This document shows, piece by piece, positions 1 to 6,881 of a stretch of 10,755 nt of DNA. Below the pieces are notes generated by a model. That model saw only the letters and a program-made list of their open reading frames with translations. It searched no databases and was not told the origin of the DNA. Position 1 is the stretch's first letter. Each line of letters begins with the position of its first letter. The translations under genes were made by a program, and so were the position numbers. The stretch is from a virus, in IMG/VR virus record IMGVR_UViG_3300029133_000269, positions 1 to 10,755 of that record. One strand, 5' to 3'.

Positions 1-99
1 CGGCGTTCTTGATACGTTCATAGCACCATGCGAACACGATAAAAAACAACAATGCCAAAATGTTGTAATTCAAATCATCAATTTTTTCTTCAATGCTTC
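1..99. repeat. Terminal direct repeat; exact copy of 10657..10755 (circular-assembly overlap)
   Basis: Base-by-base comparison: 1..99 is identical to 10657..10755. The unit length is therefore 10,656 bp. Confidence 0.95.
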
Positions 100-436
100 C
101 AAGAGAAGCGGAGTAATCAATCTGATTTTCCACAGTGCCCGCTTGATAGGTTTCCAGATCTGCCAAACTGATATAAACGTGTTCAGAACCAACCACATCA
201 CCAGAAGAGACCGAAAGGGGGCTATCGCTTGTTGTAGTGTCAGATAGTACTGTATCGTCACCGGGTTGCAACGTGTCAACGTCTGCGTCAGTTCCTCCGG
301 GGAGAAGATCGCCAGACATGACAATAGTAGCATCATCATCAACGGTATAAATTCCGTTATCATCAGAGCCAGGGTTGATAGAATCGACTTGTAAATCTTC
401 TTGCATATTGTCTTGAATTGTAATGTTTTCATCCAT
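1..436 (-). CDS. N-terminal 146 codons of a 155-aa acidic protein with a C-terminal TM helix. The gene crosses the circular junction; its last 9 codons and stop lie at 10625..10656. This frame is not in the supplied ORF track because it runs off the window edge.
   Basis: ATG at 436 is preceded by AAAGGA. The open frame runs to position 2 and continues in frame at 10656..10628, with a TAG stop at 10625..10627. Translation reads MDENITIQDNMQEDLQVDSINPGSDDNGIYTVDDD...NYNILALLFFIVFAWCYERIKNAVRSFNGVGLK. The N-terminal domain is very D/E-rich and one hydrophobic helix lies near the C-terminus. Confidence 0.6.
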   Translation of the reverse strand, partial: MDENITIQDNMQEDLQVDSINPGSDDNGIYTVDDDATIVMSGDLLPGGTDADVDTLQPGDDTVLSDTTTSDSPLSVSSGDVVGSEHVYISLADLETYQAGTVENQIDYSASLGSIEEKIDDLNYNILALLFFIVFAWCYERIKNA

Positions 437-449
437 ATTTTGTCCTTTC

Positions 450-478
450 TTGTGAAAAATGATCCCATGTGTTAGAAT
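450..478 (+). promoter_or_regulatory. Candidate sigma-A promoter for 507..854: TTGTGA (450..455), 17-nt spacer, TGtTAGAAT extended -10 (470..478)
   Basis: Hexamers read directly with a 17-nt spacer and a TG extension. The AGGAGGGG RBS and ATG at 507 follow about 20 nt downstream. Confidence 0.45.
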
Positions 479-506
479 TGAGTAAAACACATAGGAGGGG
501 TTACAA

Positions 507-854
507 ATGAATATGATAATTATTTTTGGGGTTGCTTTACTTATAATTATTTGCGGTTATACTTATGCAAAATATCGTGATGAAAAAGAACACAATGCTA
601 TATATACCTATATGGAAGATACAGAGAATGACAATTCCGAACCATTACAGAAAAACGACTACATCAACCTAACACGATATAATGACGATAAAGCCGACAG
701 CAGAACGGATGCAATATTGTCCGTATTAGACAAGATCCATTTCTGGGTAATGATTATAGGGATATACGTTCTTGTAAAAATCATTGTGGCAATAATTGTT
801 TTTGTATGTAAAGGGGCAGTTATTATGGAAGTAATCAATAAATTATTCCCATAA
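507..854 (+). CDS. Two-TM membrane protein, 115 aa; the only convincing plus-strand gene
   Basis: Strong RBS AGGAGGGG lies 6 nt before the ATG and the candidate promoter is upstream. A hydrophobic N-terminal helix (IIIFGVALLIIICGY) and C-terminal helix (FWVMIIGIYVLVKIIVAIIVFV) flank an acidic middle segment. Confidence 0.5.
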   Translation: MNMIIIFGVALLIIICGYTYAKYRDEKEHNAIYTYMEDTENDNSEPLQKNDYINLTRYNDDKADSRTDAILSVLDKIHFWVMIIGIYVLVKIIVAIIVFVCKGAVIMEVINKLFP

Positions 855-995
855 CCTACGAATAAGGTACAATAGCAAACCGCCGATAATACAGTATAAG
901 AACAACGAAAAAAGCGTAAAGGCATAACCGAATAATACAATTTGAATGTTCAAAATACCGAAACATAAATCTATAAAGGCTTTAAGAATATACAT
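843..995 (-). CDS. Small hydrophobic protein, 50 aa (MYILKAFIDLCFGILNIQIVLFGYAFTLFSLFLYCIIGGLLLYLIRRLWE). It is translationally coupled to the upstream 656-aa gene. Not in the supplied ORF track.
   Basis: GGGAGG lies inside the end of the 656-aa gene and the ATG sits 2 nt after that gene's TAG stop. Stop TAA at 843..845. The 3' end overlaps plus-strand gene 507..854 by 12 nt. Confidence 0.5.
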   Translation of the reverse strand: MYILKAFIDLCFGILNIQIVLFGYAFTLFSLFLYCIIGGLLLYLIRRLWE

Positions 996-996
996 G

Positions 997-2967
997 CTAC
1001 CTCCCTAGAATACGACAAATAATAATAACGGCAAACGAAGCATAAAGCAGATTTATAATAGAACTGGGAAGAAAGCCAAAAATCGCAGTTAAAAGAGCCG
1101 GGAGTTGTTGCAATGACCCAATCAAACCATTGATAATAGAATAAAACTGATTACCTACATTTAATATAGAATCTGCATCGGATTTATTCTGATCGGTTTT
1201 ATCTACTTGTTCAGCTTTTCCGCTATCTTTATCAACTACAATGTCACTAACAGTACCCTTTAAGCAATTTATAATGACTGGCTCACCCATATAAAGGACA
1301 CCGCCTTTTTTATAACAAGGCGTGAGCCACATTTCACCATTCCATGCAAGTTCACTATTCTTATAATAATCTATAAGATAATCAACATTGACTTTCATAG
1401 AACCTTTACCGATCGTGGTTGTGCTCCACGTCTCATACGATGTATTCAAATTAGAATCATAACGTGGATAAGTGGCGGTAACCAAAGTATCAGAATCGGG
1501 AACAAAAAAAAGATCACTATTCGGCGTTGTACCAGTCCATGTAATAGTTCCGTTTTTAACAACTGGCTTATTCCAAACTACGCCGGTTAATTTGAAATCA
1601 TCAAGATGTACCGTACCATCGTCACCAGTGTCAAAGGATGATGACGCATTTCCGTTTTCGTCAAAATTTACTACGGTAGAATTACCTTTATTCCATGGGT
1701 TATTTACCCCGGTTTTAGTGTAGGGTGTAAAGTACAAACTTTTTATAGGTGAACCATTATTAAATTTGAAATCTGAAAATGGTTTATTCCATGTTAAGTT
1801 CTTTCTGTCCAACGAATAAAAATCAATATCAGATTTAGAACCGTCATAATACACAGCTTTGACACCTAAAGAAAGATATTGACTACCAGAGAGATCAAAA
1901 GCAGATTTATTTACACCATTCGACCAAACGTCAACCCATTCCGCATGAAACGAATTATCATACCTAAAACCAATAAGTGAAATGTCGTTACCGATTGTTT
2001 CAAAATCAGTAGGAATTGTAGTTTGCTCTATTTTATCAATAGTTCCGTCAGCATTATAATAGATCGTTACTGGTTGCCCTATGTAATATGCTAAGTGCGG
2101 TACACGGTAGCAAGGAAAAATCTTTACTTGCCGAATGAATTGAAAGTCCGTTTTTCCGTTTTCCATTTCAGACCATGGCAACGTTAACCGCTTGTCACTT
2201 GTGAGAAATTCTCCGTCATACGACTGTAATTCTCCGAGATTATCCGGCTCTGTGGTTGTTGCCCATGCATAAGATACTTTTACATATTCTTCTACGTCAA
2301 CATCTTTAGCGTAAGTACGTTCTGTTGTGCCAGTCCACCGGGCAGTTTTACTATTCATAGTAAAGCCGATGAAAGAATATACATCATCGCTGTTGTTAGG
2401 TAATTCCGGTTCACTAACCATGCCAGACTTATCACCGGTTAAACAGTAATTGCTAAATGATGTTAAACTATCAAAAACAGGAAAACATATTTGATCTAAG
2501 TCAAACATGCCTGAATTATAAAAGAAGTTAGAACCGCCAGTTTGCGAACTTATAACGGACCAAGTATCTTTTTCAGCGTTATAGCTATATACTTCCATAG
2601 ATATACCACCCTGGGAAACAGATTTTTTTGACAAATCAAACTTATAAGACAAAAGATGTTTCGAATCGCCGGAAACAGTACCAGTAAATACATAAGCATA
2701 AAAAAAGTTTGTATCATCAGCATAAAAACGCACTCTTCTATCTGTTTCATTTATTACATCTAAAGTTTTATCAGCTATATTTGTATTTAAAGACCATTCT
2801 GTTAATTCTTCCGCATGAACCGGGGTTACACAGAACAGCACAGCGGAAACCAGAACACCAAGCATTAAGGCTATAATGCAAAGAAGTGTCTGCAATTTGT
2901 TTTGATTGATTGTTTTTTGTTCCAACTTTTTTCCCTCCTTATGTAAAGAATTTTTGAATGGTTTCAA
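997..2967 (-). CDS. Large secreted, C-terminally membrane-anchored protein (656 aa from the ATG at 2967). It is a putative receptor-binding/adsorption protein, pIII-like by position and architecture.
   Basis: The N-terminus has a basic n-region, a hydrophobic h-region (LLCIIALMLGVLVSAVLFCV) and a VHA-EE cleavage-like site. The long W/Y/N/T/G-rich body carries no Walker motifs. The C-terminus is hydrophobic (LPALLTAIFGFLPSSIINLLYASFAVIIICRILGR). An alternative TTG start after GGAGGG about 45 nt downstream of 2967 is possible. Confidence 0.85.
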   Translation of the reverse strand: MKPFKNSLHKEGKKLEQKTINQNKLQTLLCIIALMLGVLVSAVLFCVTPVHAEELTEWSLNTNIADKTLDVINETDRRVRFYADDTNFFYAYVFTGTVSGDSKHLLSYKFDLSKKSVSQGGISMEVYSYNAEKDTWSVISSQTGGSNFFYNSGMFDLDQICFPVFDSLTSFSNYCLTGDKSGMVSEPELPNNSDDVYSFIGFTMNSKTARWTGTTERTYAKDVDVEEYVKVSYAWATTTEPDNLGELQSYDGEFLTSDKRLTLPWSEMENGKTDFQFIRQVKIFPCYRVPHLAYYIGQPVTIYYNADGTIDKIEQTTIPTDFETIGNDISLIGFRYDNSFHAEWVDVWSNGVNKSAFDLSGSQYLSLGVKAVYYDGSKSDIDFYSLDRKNLTWNKPFSDFKFNNGSPIKSLYFTPYTKTGVNNPWNKGNSTVVNFDENGNASSSFDTGDDGTVHLDDFKLTGVVWNKPVVKNGTITWTGTTPNSDLFFVPDSDTLVTATYPRYDSNLNTSYETWSTTTIGKGSMKVNVDYLIDYYKNSELAWNGEMWLTPCYKKGGVLYMGEPVIINCLKGTVSDIVVDKDSGKAEQVDKTDQNKSDADSILNVGNQFYSIINGLIGSLQQLPALLTAIFGFLPSSIINLLYASFAVIIICRILGR

Positions 2968-3112
2968 TCACAAAGATGACGGCGGCAATGTCACCTGTGT
3001 AGCAACCGATTTTTACGGCTTTCTGGCGGCTTGTTTCTTGTGGATAGAACAAGACACAGGTTGATGCCATGAAGCCGATAATTACAACTAACATGGTAAG
3101 AAATTCTTTCAT
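2939..3112 (-). CDS. Small hydrophobic protein, 57 aa (MKEFLTMLVVIIGFMASTCVLFYPQETSRQKAVKIGCYTGDIAAVIFVIETIQKFFT). Not in the supplied ORF track.
   Basis: RBS GGAGGATGAACAATG. Stop TAA at 2939..2941. The 3' end overlaps the start of the 656-aa gene. Confidence 0.5.
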   Translation of the reverse strand: MKEFLTMLVVIIGFMASTCVLFYPQETSRQKAVKIGCYTGDIAAVIFVIETIQKFFT

Positions 3113-3127
3113 TGTTCATCCTCCCTA

Positions 3128-3322
3128 TTAAAACAGTGTCGAAACTTGTTCAAAAACAACTTGTCCTATGATTGTAAACAGCTTTATGAAAGAAACTCCT
3201 GCCATGAGAAAACCGATTAAAAACCCTATGTCAAAAATAAATAGTGGGCTCTTTACGCAACAACAGGTTGAAGATAGGATCAAGCCGACAAAAAAAATAA
3301 CAGCGTAAAAAAAAATATCCAT
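3128..3322 (-). CDS. Small hydrophobic membrane protein, 64 aa
   Basis: ORF-track entry. Conserved upstream motif TTTTCACGAAAGGAGAATAAAAAATGG. Two hydrophobic segments. Confidence 0.55.
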   Translation of the reverse strand: MDIFFYAVIFFVGLILSSTCCCVKSPLFIFDIGFLIGFLMAGVSFIKLFTIIGQVVFEQVSTLF

Positions 3323-3358
3323 TTTTTATTCTCCTTTCGTGAAAATCAAGAGATTACG

Positions 3359-3535
3359 TCAACACAAGTACATAAGCATAAACTTCAAAACGAAAAGTAG
3401 AGGATACACTGTAAAAAAACATCCTATAAGTATTAAAAAAACAGATAAGAGCGGGCACTCATGCAGTGAATCACCTAGTAAGAAAGTTGCAAAACCGAAA
3501 AAACCACATATTAAATATTTGAAAATTTGCTCCAT
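3359..3535 (-). CDS. Small hydrophobic protein, 58 aa (MEQIFKYLICGFFGFATFLLGDSLHECPLLSVFLILIGCFFTVYPLLFVLKFMLMYLC). Not in the supplied ORF track.
   Basis: ATG at 3535 is preceded by TTTTTTCACGAAAAGGAGAACGCA, the same leader motif as the 64-aa gene. TGA stop at 3359..3361. Confidence 0.5.
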   Translation of the reverse strand: MEQIFKYLICGFFGFATFLLGDSLHECPLLSVFLILIGCFFTVYPLLFVLKFMLMYLC

Positions 3536-3552
3536 TGCGTTCTCCTTTTCGT

Positions 3553-3589
3553 GAAAAAAGAGGGGTGCAGATCGTTCTGCATCCCTCTT
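3553..3589 (-). terminator. Rho-independent terminator on the minus strand immediately after the coat-like gene
   Basis: 14-bp stem (AAGAGGGATGCAGA / TCTGCACCCCTCTT with one G.U pair) and 4-nt loop, followed on the minus strand by TTTTTCAC. Confidence 0.7.
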
Positions 3590-3607
3590 ATACTGCCGTG
3601 ATCCGGG

Positions 3608-3799
3608 TTATACGGAACGCTTTGCAACTCCGAACAGACCGAAGCAAGCACAAGCTACGGAAACAGCTAACAGAATGTTCAGCGGATACTCTCCGAACAG
3701 ACCCATGATGGACTTACATACGGAAATCAGAGTAGTAACGATAGCAGTATCGAAAGTAGGAGCGGCTTCTGCCGCCGCAATGATTGCTAAACCAGGCAT
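3608..3799 (-). CDS. Putative major coat protein (inovirus pVIII-like), 63 aa from the ATG at 3799 (MPGLAIIAAAEAAPTFDTAIVTTLISVCKSIMGLFGEYPLNILLAVSVACACFGLFGVAKRSV)
   Basis: RBS AAAGGAGAAACATATG. Small size with an Ala-rich acidic N-terminus, a hydrophobic core and a basic C-terminus (KRSV). A strong terminator follows directly, matching the gVIII-then-terminator arrangement of filamentous phages. Confidence 0.55.
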   Translation of the reverse strand: MPGLAIIAAAEAAPTFDTAIVTTLISVCKSIMGLFGEYPLNILLAVSVACACFGLFGVAKRSV

Positions 3800-3909
3800 A
3801 TGTTTCTCCTTTCTTATAGATAATACCGAATACATACGTCTATGCTCTGGGTTTAGTTATCTATAAATGTTTTTGTTTATAAAATCAGCTTGCTGAAATT
3901 ACCGGGGTA

Positions 3910-3931
3910 AAAGTTCGAACGTTCGAACTTT
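3910..3931. repeat. 22-bp perfect palindrome AAAGTTCGAACGTTCGAACTTT (copy of the 16-bp GTTCGAACGTTCGAAC element)
   Basis: Read directly; self-complementary over 22 bp. Lies about 110 nt upstream of the coat-like gene start. Confidence 0.9.
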
Positions 3932-4482
3932 AGAGGGTGTGACGGGAGTTGAACCCGTAAGCAAGTAGCTTTCAGATATCATTGTGCGCACTGCTCTTGT
4001 TTGCCTGGTACATTCGCACCCCATATTATTTTTTTGGTTGTTGGGTTATGTGTTGCTGTTGCATGGGTGAGGGGTGATACTTTGTGTACCATTCCGAACC
4101 CCTCCCATGAAAAACTACGAAAGCAAAATACGCTTTTCTTGTTTTTCTATTGCGTCCCCTTGCCCCCTCCCAAGGGGACGAAAGGTCAAGGGCAAAAGCG
4201 CTTGATCTGGGAACTGGTAAAAATATAATTGCTTATAGTCAGGCTGAACCTTCCGGGCTTCACCCTTGCCACAGATAACAAAGTGATGCAGTTTTTAAGG
4301 GCAAGGGCATCACCAACAAAGAAAAGCGGGTGGCGGCAGACGGTAGTTGTTTGGCTATGGTCTGCGCTGTGGCTGTCCGGGGACTTTGTAAGGGCTGTTA
4401 ACATCTTTTTGCGCCGGGAGGTGGGATAGTGCGCCCACATCCCGGCAAGATGCAAAAAGATCAAGGGCGGATTTGTTAGTGG

Positions 4483-4629
4483 TTAGTCGTCATAAACGTC
4501 ACTGAATGCCACAAGAGACAAAAAAGAGGCAAGAAACGCAAGTATTACCATCCACCAATCAATAGGATCGCCAAGTAAAAAATCAACCACTACAACCGCC
4601 ACGCCGATCAAAAAAAATATAAGTCCCAT
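4483..4629 (-). CDS. Small membrane protein, 48 aa from the ATG at 4629 (MGLIFFLIGVAVVVVDFLLGDPIDWWMVILAFLASFLSLVAFSDVYDD)
   Basis: Two hydrophobic helices and an acidic C-terminus. The GGAAGG RBS is weak. The longer track ORF 4483..4752 has an implausible N-terminal extension. Confidence 0.4.
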   Translation of the reverse strand: MGLIFFLIGVAVVVVDFLLGDPIDWWMVILAFLASFLSLVAFSDVYDD

Positions 4630-4718
4630 AGTGTTTACCTTCCTATATAGAAAAAGCCGGGAATGTATCCACGTTCGTTTCTTCTGGGTACTAGCGCACA
4701 TAAAAGGTAAAGGGGTAA

Positions 4719-4734
4719 GTTCGAACGTTCGAAC
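4719..4734. repeat. 16-bp perfect palindrome GTTCGAACGTTCGAAC, copy 2
   Basis: Read directly. Lies upstream of the 48-aa gene, in a GGGGTAAG context similar to the copy at 3913. Confidence 0.9.
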
Positions 4735-4897
4735 ACTCCCGGCGTTTTTCACTTCACACTTGCCCGGCAGTCTGTAGGGAGACTAACCGGGCATCACACC
4801 GGAGAACGTACCGGGGAGAAGATCGCAAGGGGCACACCATGAAAATGAGATGTGATCACTTCTCTTTACTCCCTAGACCCGGAACGTTCCAAGCGGC

Positions 4898-5203
4898 TTA
4901 TTTCTTATCCTTATCTTTGCCGGGATCAGCGGCGGCAGTACCGGGGGCGGTAGCAGTTCCGGGGAGATCATAGATACCAGTCACACGCAGAGTCTTTTTA
5001 CCCTCATACTCACTGATCTGCATACCGAACACGTAGTCCTTGAAAAGTTCCTTGTTCTGCTTATAGACTTCCTCTGTACAGGACAAGCTTGTTGCTTCCG
5101 ATCCCTGCAAAACAGCTAACTGGTAATACTTGCCATTGCTTCCAGTCATGCTCTTTTCTTCGATTGCTACCAAAGTACCTCTAAACTGTGTTGCTAATTT
5201 CAT
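4898..5203 (-). CDS. Hypothetical protein, 101 aa. It may be an OB-fold ssDNA-binding protein (gV-like by size and position), with a Lys-rich disordered C-terminal tail.
   Basis: RBS AGAAGAGGTAAACAATTATG. C-terminal tail PGTATAPGTAAADPGKDKDKK. A 10-bp palindrome GGAACGTTCC (4881..4890) lies 8 nt past the stop. Confidence 0.6.
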   Translation of the reverse strand: MKLATQFRGTLVAIEEKSMTGSNGKYYQLAVLQGSEATSLSCTEEVYKQNKELFKDYVFGMQISEYEGKKTLRVTGIYDLPGTATAPGTAAADPGKDKDKK

Positions 5204-5281
5204 AATTGTTTACCTCTTCTTTCTTTACACATGGAGCGGTCAGCACCATGGGAATAATGTTATTTGTTATATACTGAACGC

Positions 5282-5530
5282 CTACATACGAGAAAGGCGA
5301 TTCATGCTGTTAACGCCAAGAACCAGAAGTGTAACATTAAGGGGAACATATTCACGCTCCGTTAAAATGCCGTCACTGTGTAACTGGTTCATTTTCCGGG
5401 AAAGTGCAACCATACGATTAAGCACCAGGCGCAATGTTTCCGGGGTGTAGCCATTCCCCAGATCAGCGGCGCATGACATTATATCATCAAGCACCGCCAG
5501 ACCAACCGGGGAAAGGCTAGAAATTACCAT
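5282..5530 (-). CDS. Hypothetical protein, 82 aa (uncertain)
   Basis: The ATG overlaps the stop of the upstream 270-aa gene (AAATGGTAA). No clear SD. The protein-like composition fills the 320-nt gap between flanking genes. Confidence 0.35.
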   Translation of the reverse strand: MVISSLSPVGLAVLDDIMSCAADLGNGYTPETLRLVLNRMVALSRKMNQLHSDGILTEREYVPLNVTLLVLGVNSMNRLSRM

Positions 5531-6336
5531 TTTACTACGATCTCAATACGCTTATGGTCAGCTTCAAAGTTCTTACTTTTCAGAGCCTTTTCGATCAGAT
5601 CGTTGAGACCGTCAAGGTATTTGTTGTATTCGTCAATGTTATGGAACGTTACAAGCGTCTGGCTGTTTACCTCAGTAAAGTTGCCGTCTATGATTTCTTT
5701 ACCGTTATAGGTATCATCGCCAGAAGAATCACCGCCGGAAGCGTCACAATCGGAAGCGTCAGATTTTCCGGCTTCACCGTGAATATCTTTTACTTTTTTC
5801 TTAATGTCACGAACGGACATATCAACAGAAAATTCCGTCAACTGTGCGTCTGTCACACCTAACAATGCGATCAGCTTACTGCTCTGGTAATCTTTCAGTT
5901 CCGGGCGAATCTCTTCCAGAATGTTTCCATGTTCATCACGGCTTGCAAAACGCTCTACGATATGAATAAAATCGCTACACGTTCCACGTGCAATACCGTG
6001 TTCTTTTGCGGCGTAGTCGTAAATGTTCTTGTAACCCAACAGACCGAAAGCGGAAGCTGAATACATCCAGTAAAGATCAAATGCAATCCGGGTAAAGGAA
6101 CTCTGAACATTGTTCAAAGACTTGCTAATAGATGCATTGCGCTTTCTGGCTTCTTTCAAGGTCTCAATGTCTTTCAGTTCCTGTGCCTTTTTGGCTTCTA
6201 CATCTGCTTTGTTGGTGTCCTCCACCGCCGGGGCGGTGGGGGGATTCATAGGAGCGGCAACGGCTTTCTTTCTGGTGGTCTTTGTCTTTGCCGGGGTCTG
6301 GGTTGCGGTTTTCTTCTCTATGGTTGCTGTACTCAT
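5524..6336 (-). CDS. ParB/KorB-like HTH DNA-binding protein, 270 aa, with a Lys/Thr-rich basic N-terminal tail and an acidic Ser/Asp-rich linker
   Basis: The segment GIARGTCSDFIHIVERF...SSKLIALLGVTD resembles the ParB HTH (G-K-S-R-S-x-V-A-N-x-L-R-L) plus the LS-x-GHARALLGL region. The gene is coupled to the upstream gene (AAGGAGGACAAATAAATG). Confidence 0.75.
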   Translation of the reverse strand: MSTATIEKKTATQTPAKTKTTRKKAVAAPMNPPTAPAVEDTNKADVEAKKAQELKDIETLKEARKRNASISKSLNNVQSSFTRIAFDLYWMYSASAFGLLGYKNIYDYAAKEHGIARGTCSDFIHIVERFASRDEHGNILEEIRPELKDYQSSKLIALLGVTDAQLTEFSVDMSVRDIKKKVKDIHGEAGKSDASDCDASGGDSSGDDTYNGKEIIDGNFTEVNSQTLVTFHNIDEYNKYLDGLNDLIEKALKSKNFEADHKRIEIVVKW

Positions 6337-6783
6337 TTATTTGTCCTCCTTGTCGTTTAACTCTCTGTAAATATAATCCGCAATTTTTACGGCTTCACTG
6401 ATAGGTAAATCGGCTTCAATGCTTGCAATGTGTTCATACATATCAGCACCGCACGGACTACATAAACCATAGCGACAATGGCTTGCAACAATCTTATAGG
6501 TGTGAATGCGCATCTCTGCGGAATCAAATAATTCTTTGAAATGTATAACACGGATAAGGCATTCAACATGAGAAACAATTTCAAGCGTTTCAAAGACAGC
6601 CACAACTCCGGTAAATGAATCGACAACTTCCATGAGGTCAGCGTGCTTGAAAACTGCTGTGATACAACCAGAAAAACTATCTAACATATCGAGCGCCATT
6701 CCGTGGAAAATTTCATTTACTGGAATAACTTCTGCGGTCTCCGTGTTGATAATTACATTTGATTTTTCATCATACTTGTACAT
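6337..6783 (-). CDS. Cys/His-rich putative metal-binding protein, 148 aa (HCRYGLCSPCG = H-C-x4-C-x2-C)
   Basis: RBS CACACACAAGGAGGACAAAATATG. First gene downstream of the consensus promoter and palindrome copy 3. Confidence 0.7.
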   Translation of the reverse strand: MYKYDEKSNVIINTETAEVIPVNEIFHGMALDMLDSFSGCITAVFKHADLMEVVDSFTGVVAVFETLEIVSHVECLIRVIHFKELFDSAEMRIHTYKIVASHCRYGLCSPCGADMYEHIASIEADLPISEAVKIADYIYRELNDKEDK

Positions 6784-6806
6784 ATTTTGTCCTCCTTGTG
6801 TGTGGG

Positions 6807-6822
6807 GTTCGAACGTTCGAAC
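6807..6822. repeat. 16-bp perfect palindrome GTTCGAACGTTCGAAC, copy 3, in the 5' leader of the 148-aa gene
   Basis: Read directly. Lies 9 nt upstream of CACACACAAGGAGG. Confidence 0.9.
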
Positions 6823-6833
6823 CGATATAAAAA

Positions 6834-6881
6834 ATAGTCTTGTGATCGGATTTTCGTGTCATTTCCTTATCACAAGACTAT
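6834..6881. repeat. Perfect 13-bp inverted repeat ATAGTCTTGTGAT...ATCACAAGACTAT with a 22-nt spacer; it overlaps the -10/+1 of the consensus promoter
   Basis: Arms at 6834..6846 and 6869..6881 are exact reverse complements. T/A-rich tracts flank both sides. Confidence 0.85.

Noticed and set aside
6-145. Additional CTTGATA occurrences (TTCTTGATACG at 6..16, CTTGATAGG at about 138) as nick sites
   Set aside because: The one at 138 is inside coding sequence. The one at 6..16 sits at the arbitrary assembly cut. Neither has the AT-rich intergenic context of 6966..6984, so both were treated as chance 7-mers.
70-468. Track ORF 70..468 (-) 132 aa (MGSFFTRKDK...)
   Set aside because: It has low-complexity, implausible composition. 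The adjacent frame starting at 436 gives a coherent acidic protein with a C-terminal TM helix that continues in frame across the circular junction. This one is the shadow frame.
659-940. Track ORF 659..940 (-) 93 aa
   Set aside because: It overlaps the better-supported 843..995 (-) gene in another frame and the 507..854 (+) gene. It has no RBS and odd composition.
1472-2750. Track ORFs 1472..1723 (+) and 2550..2750 (-), internal to the 656-aa gene
   Set aside because: They are antisense or alternate-frame ORFs nested in a long, well-supported CDS, with no RBS.
3339-3866. Track ORFs 3339..3554 (+) and 3675..3866 (+)
   Set aside because: They are antisense to the small hydrophobic and coat-like genes, which have strong RBSs and conserved leaders. 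3339..3554 would need a GTG start with no SD.
3931-4022. Possible complete tRNA gene on the minus strand
   Set aside because: Only a T-arm-like hairpin plus a 3' acceptor-like strand fits. Position 8 is A rather than U, and no anticodon arm could be folded. It is kept only as a tRNA-3'-end-like fragment or possible attP core.
4001-4464. Track ORFs 4001..4228 (+), 4229..4429 (+) and 4186..4464 (-) in the GC-rich non-coding region
   Set aside because: They have no SD sequences, mutually overlap, and have Pro/Gly/Arg-rich composition typical of GC-rich non-coding DNA. The region is better explained by hairpins and repeats.
5130-5862. Track ORFs 5130..5450 (+) and 5554..5862 (+)
   Set aside because: They are antisense to the minus-strand genes, with junk-like sequences and no RBS.
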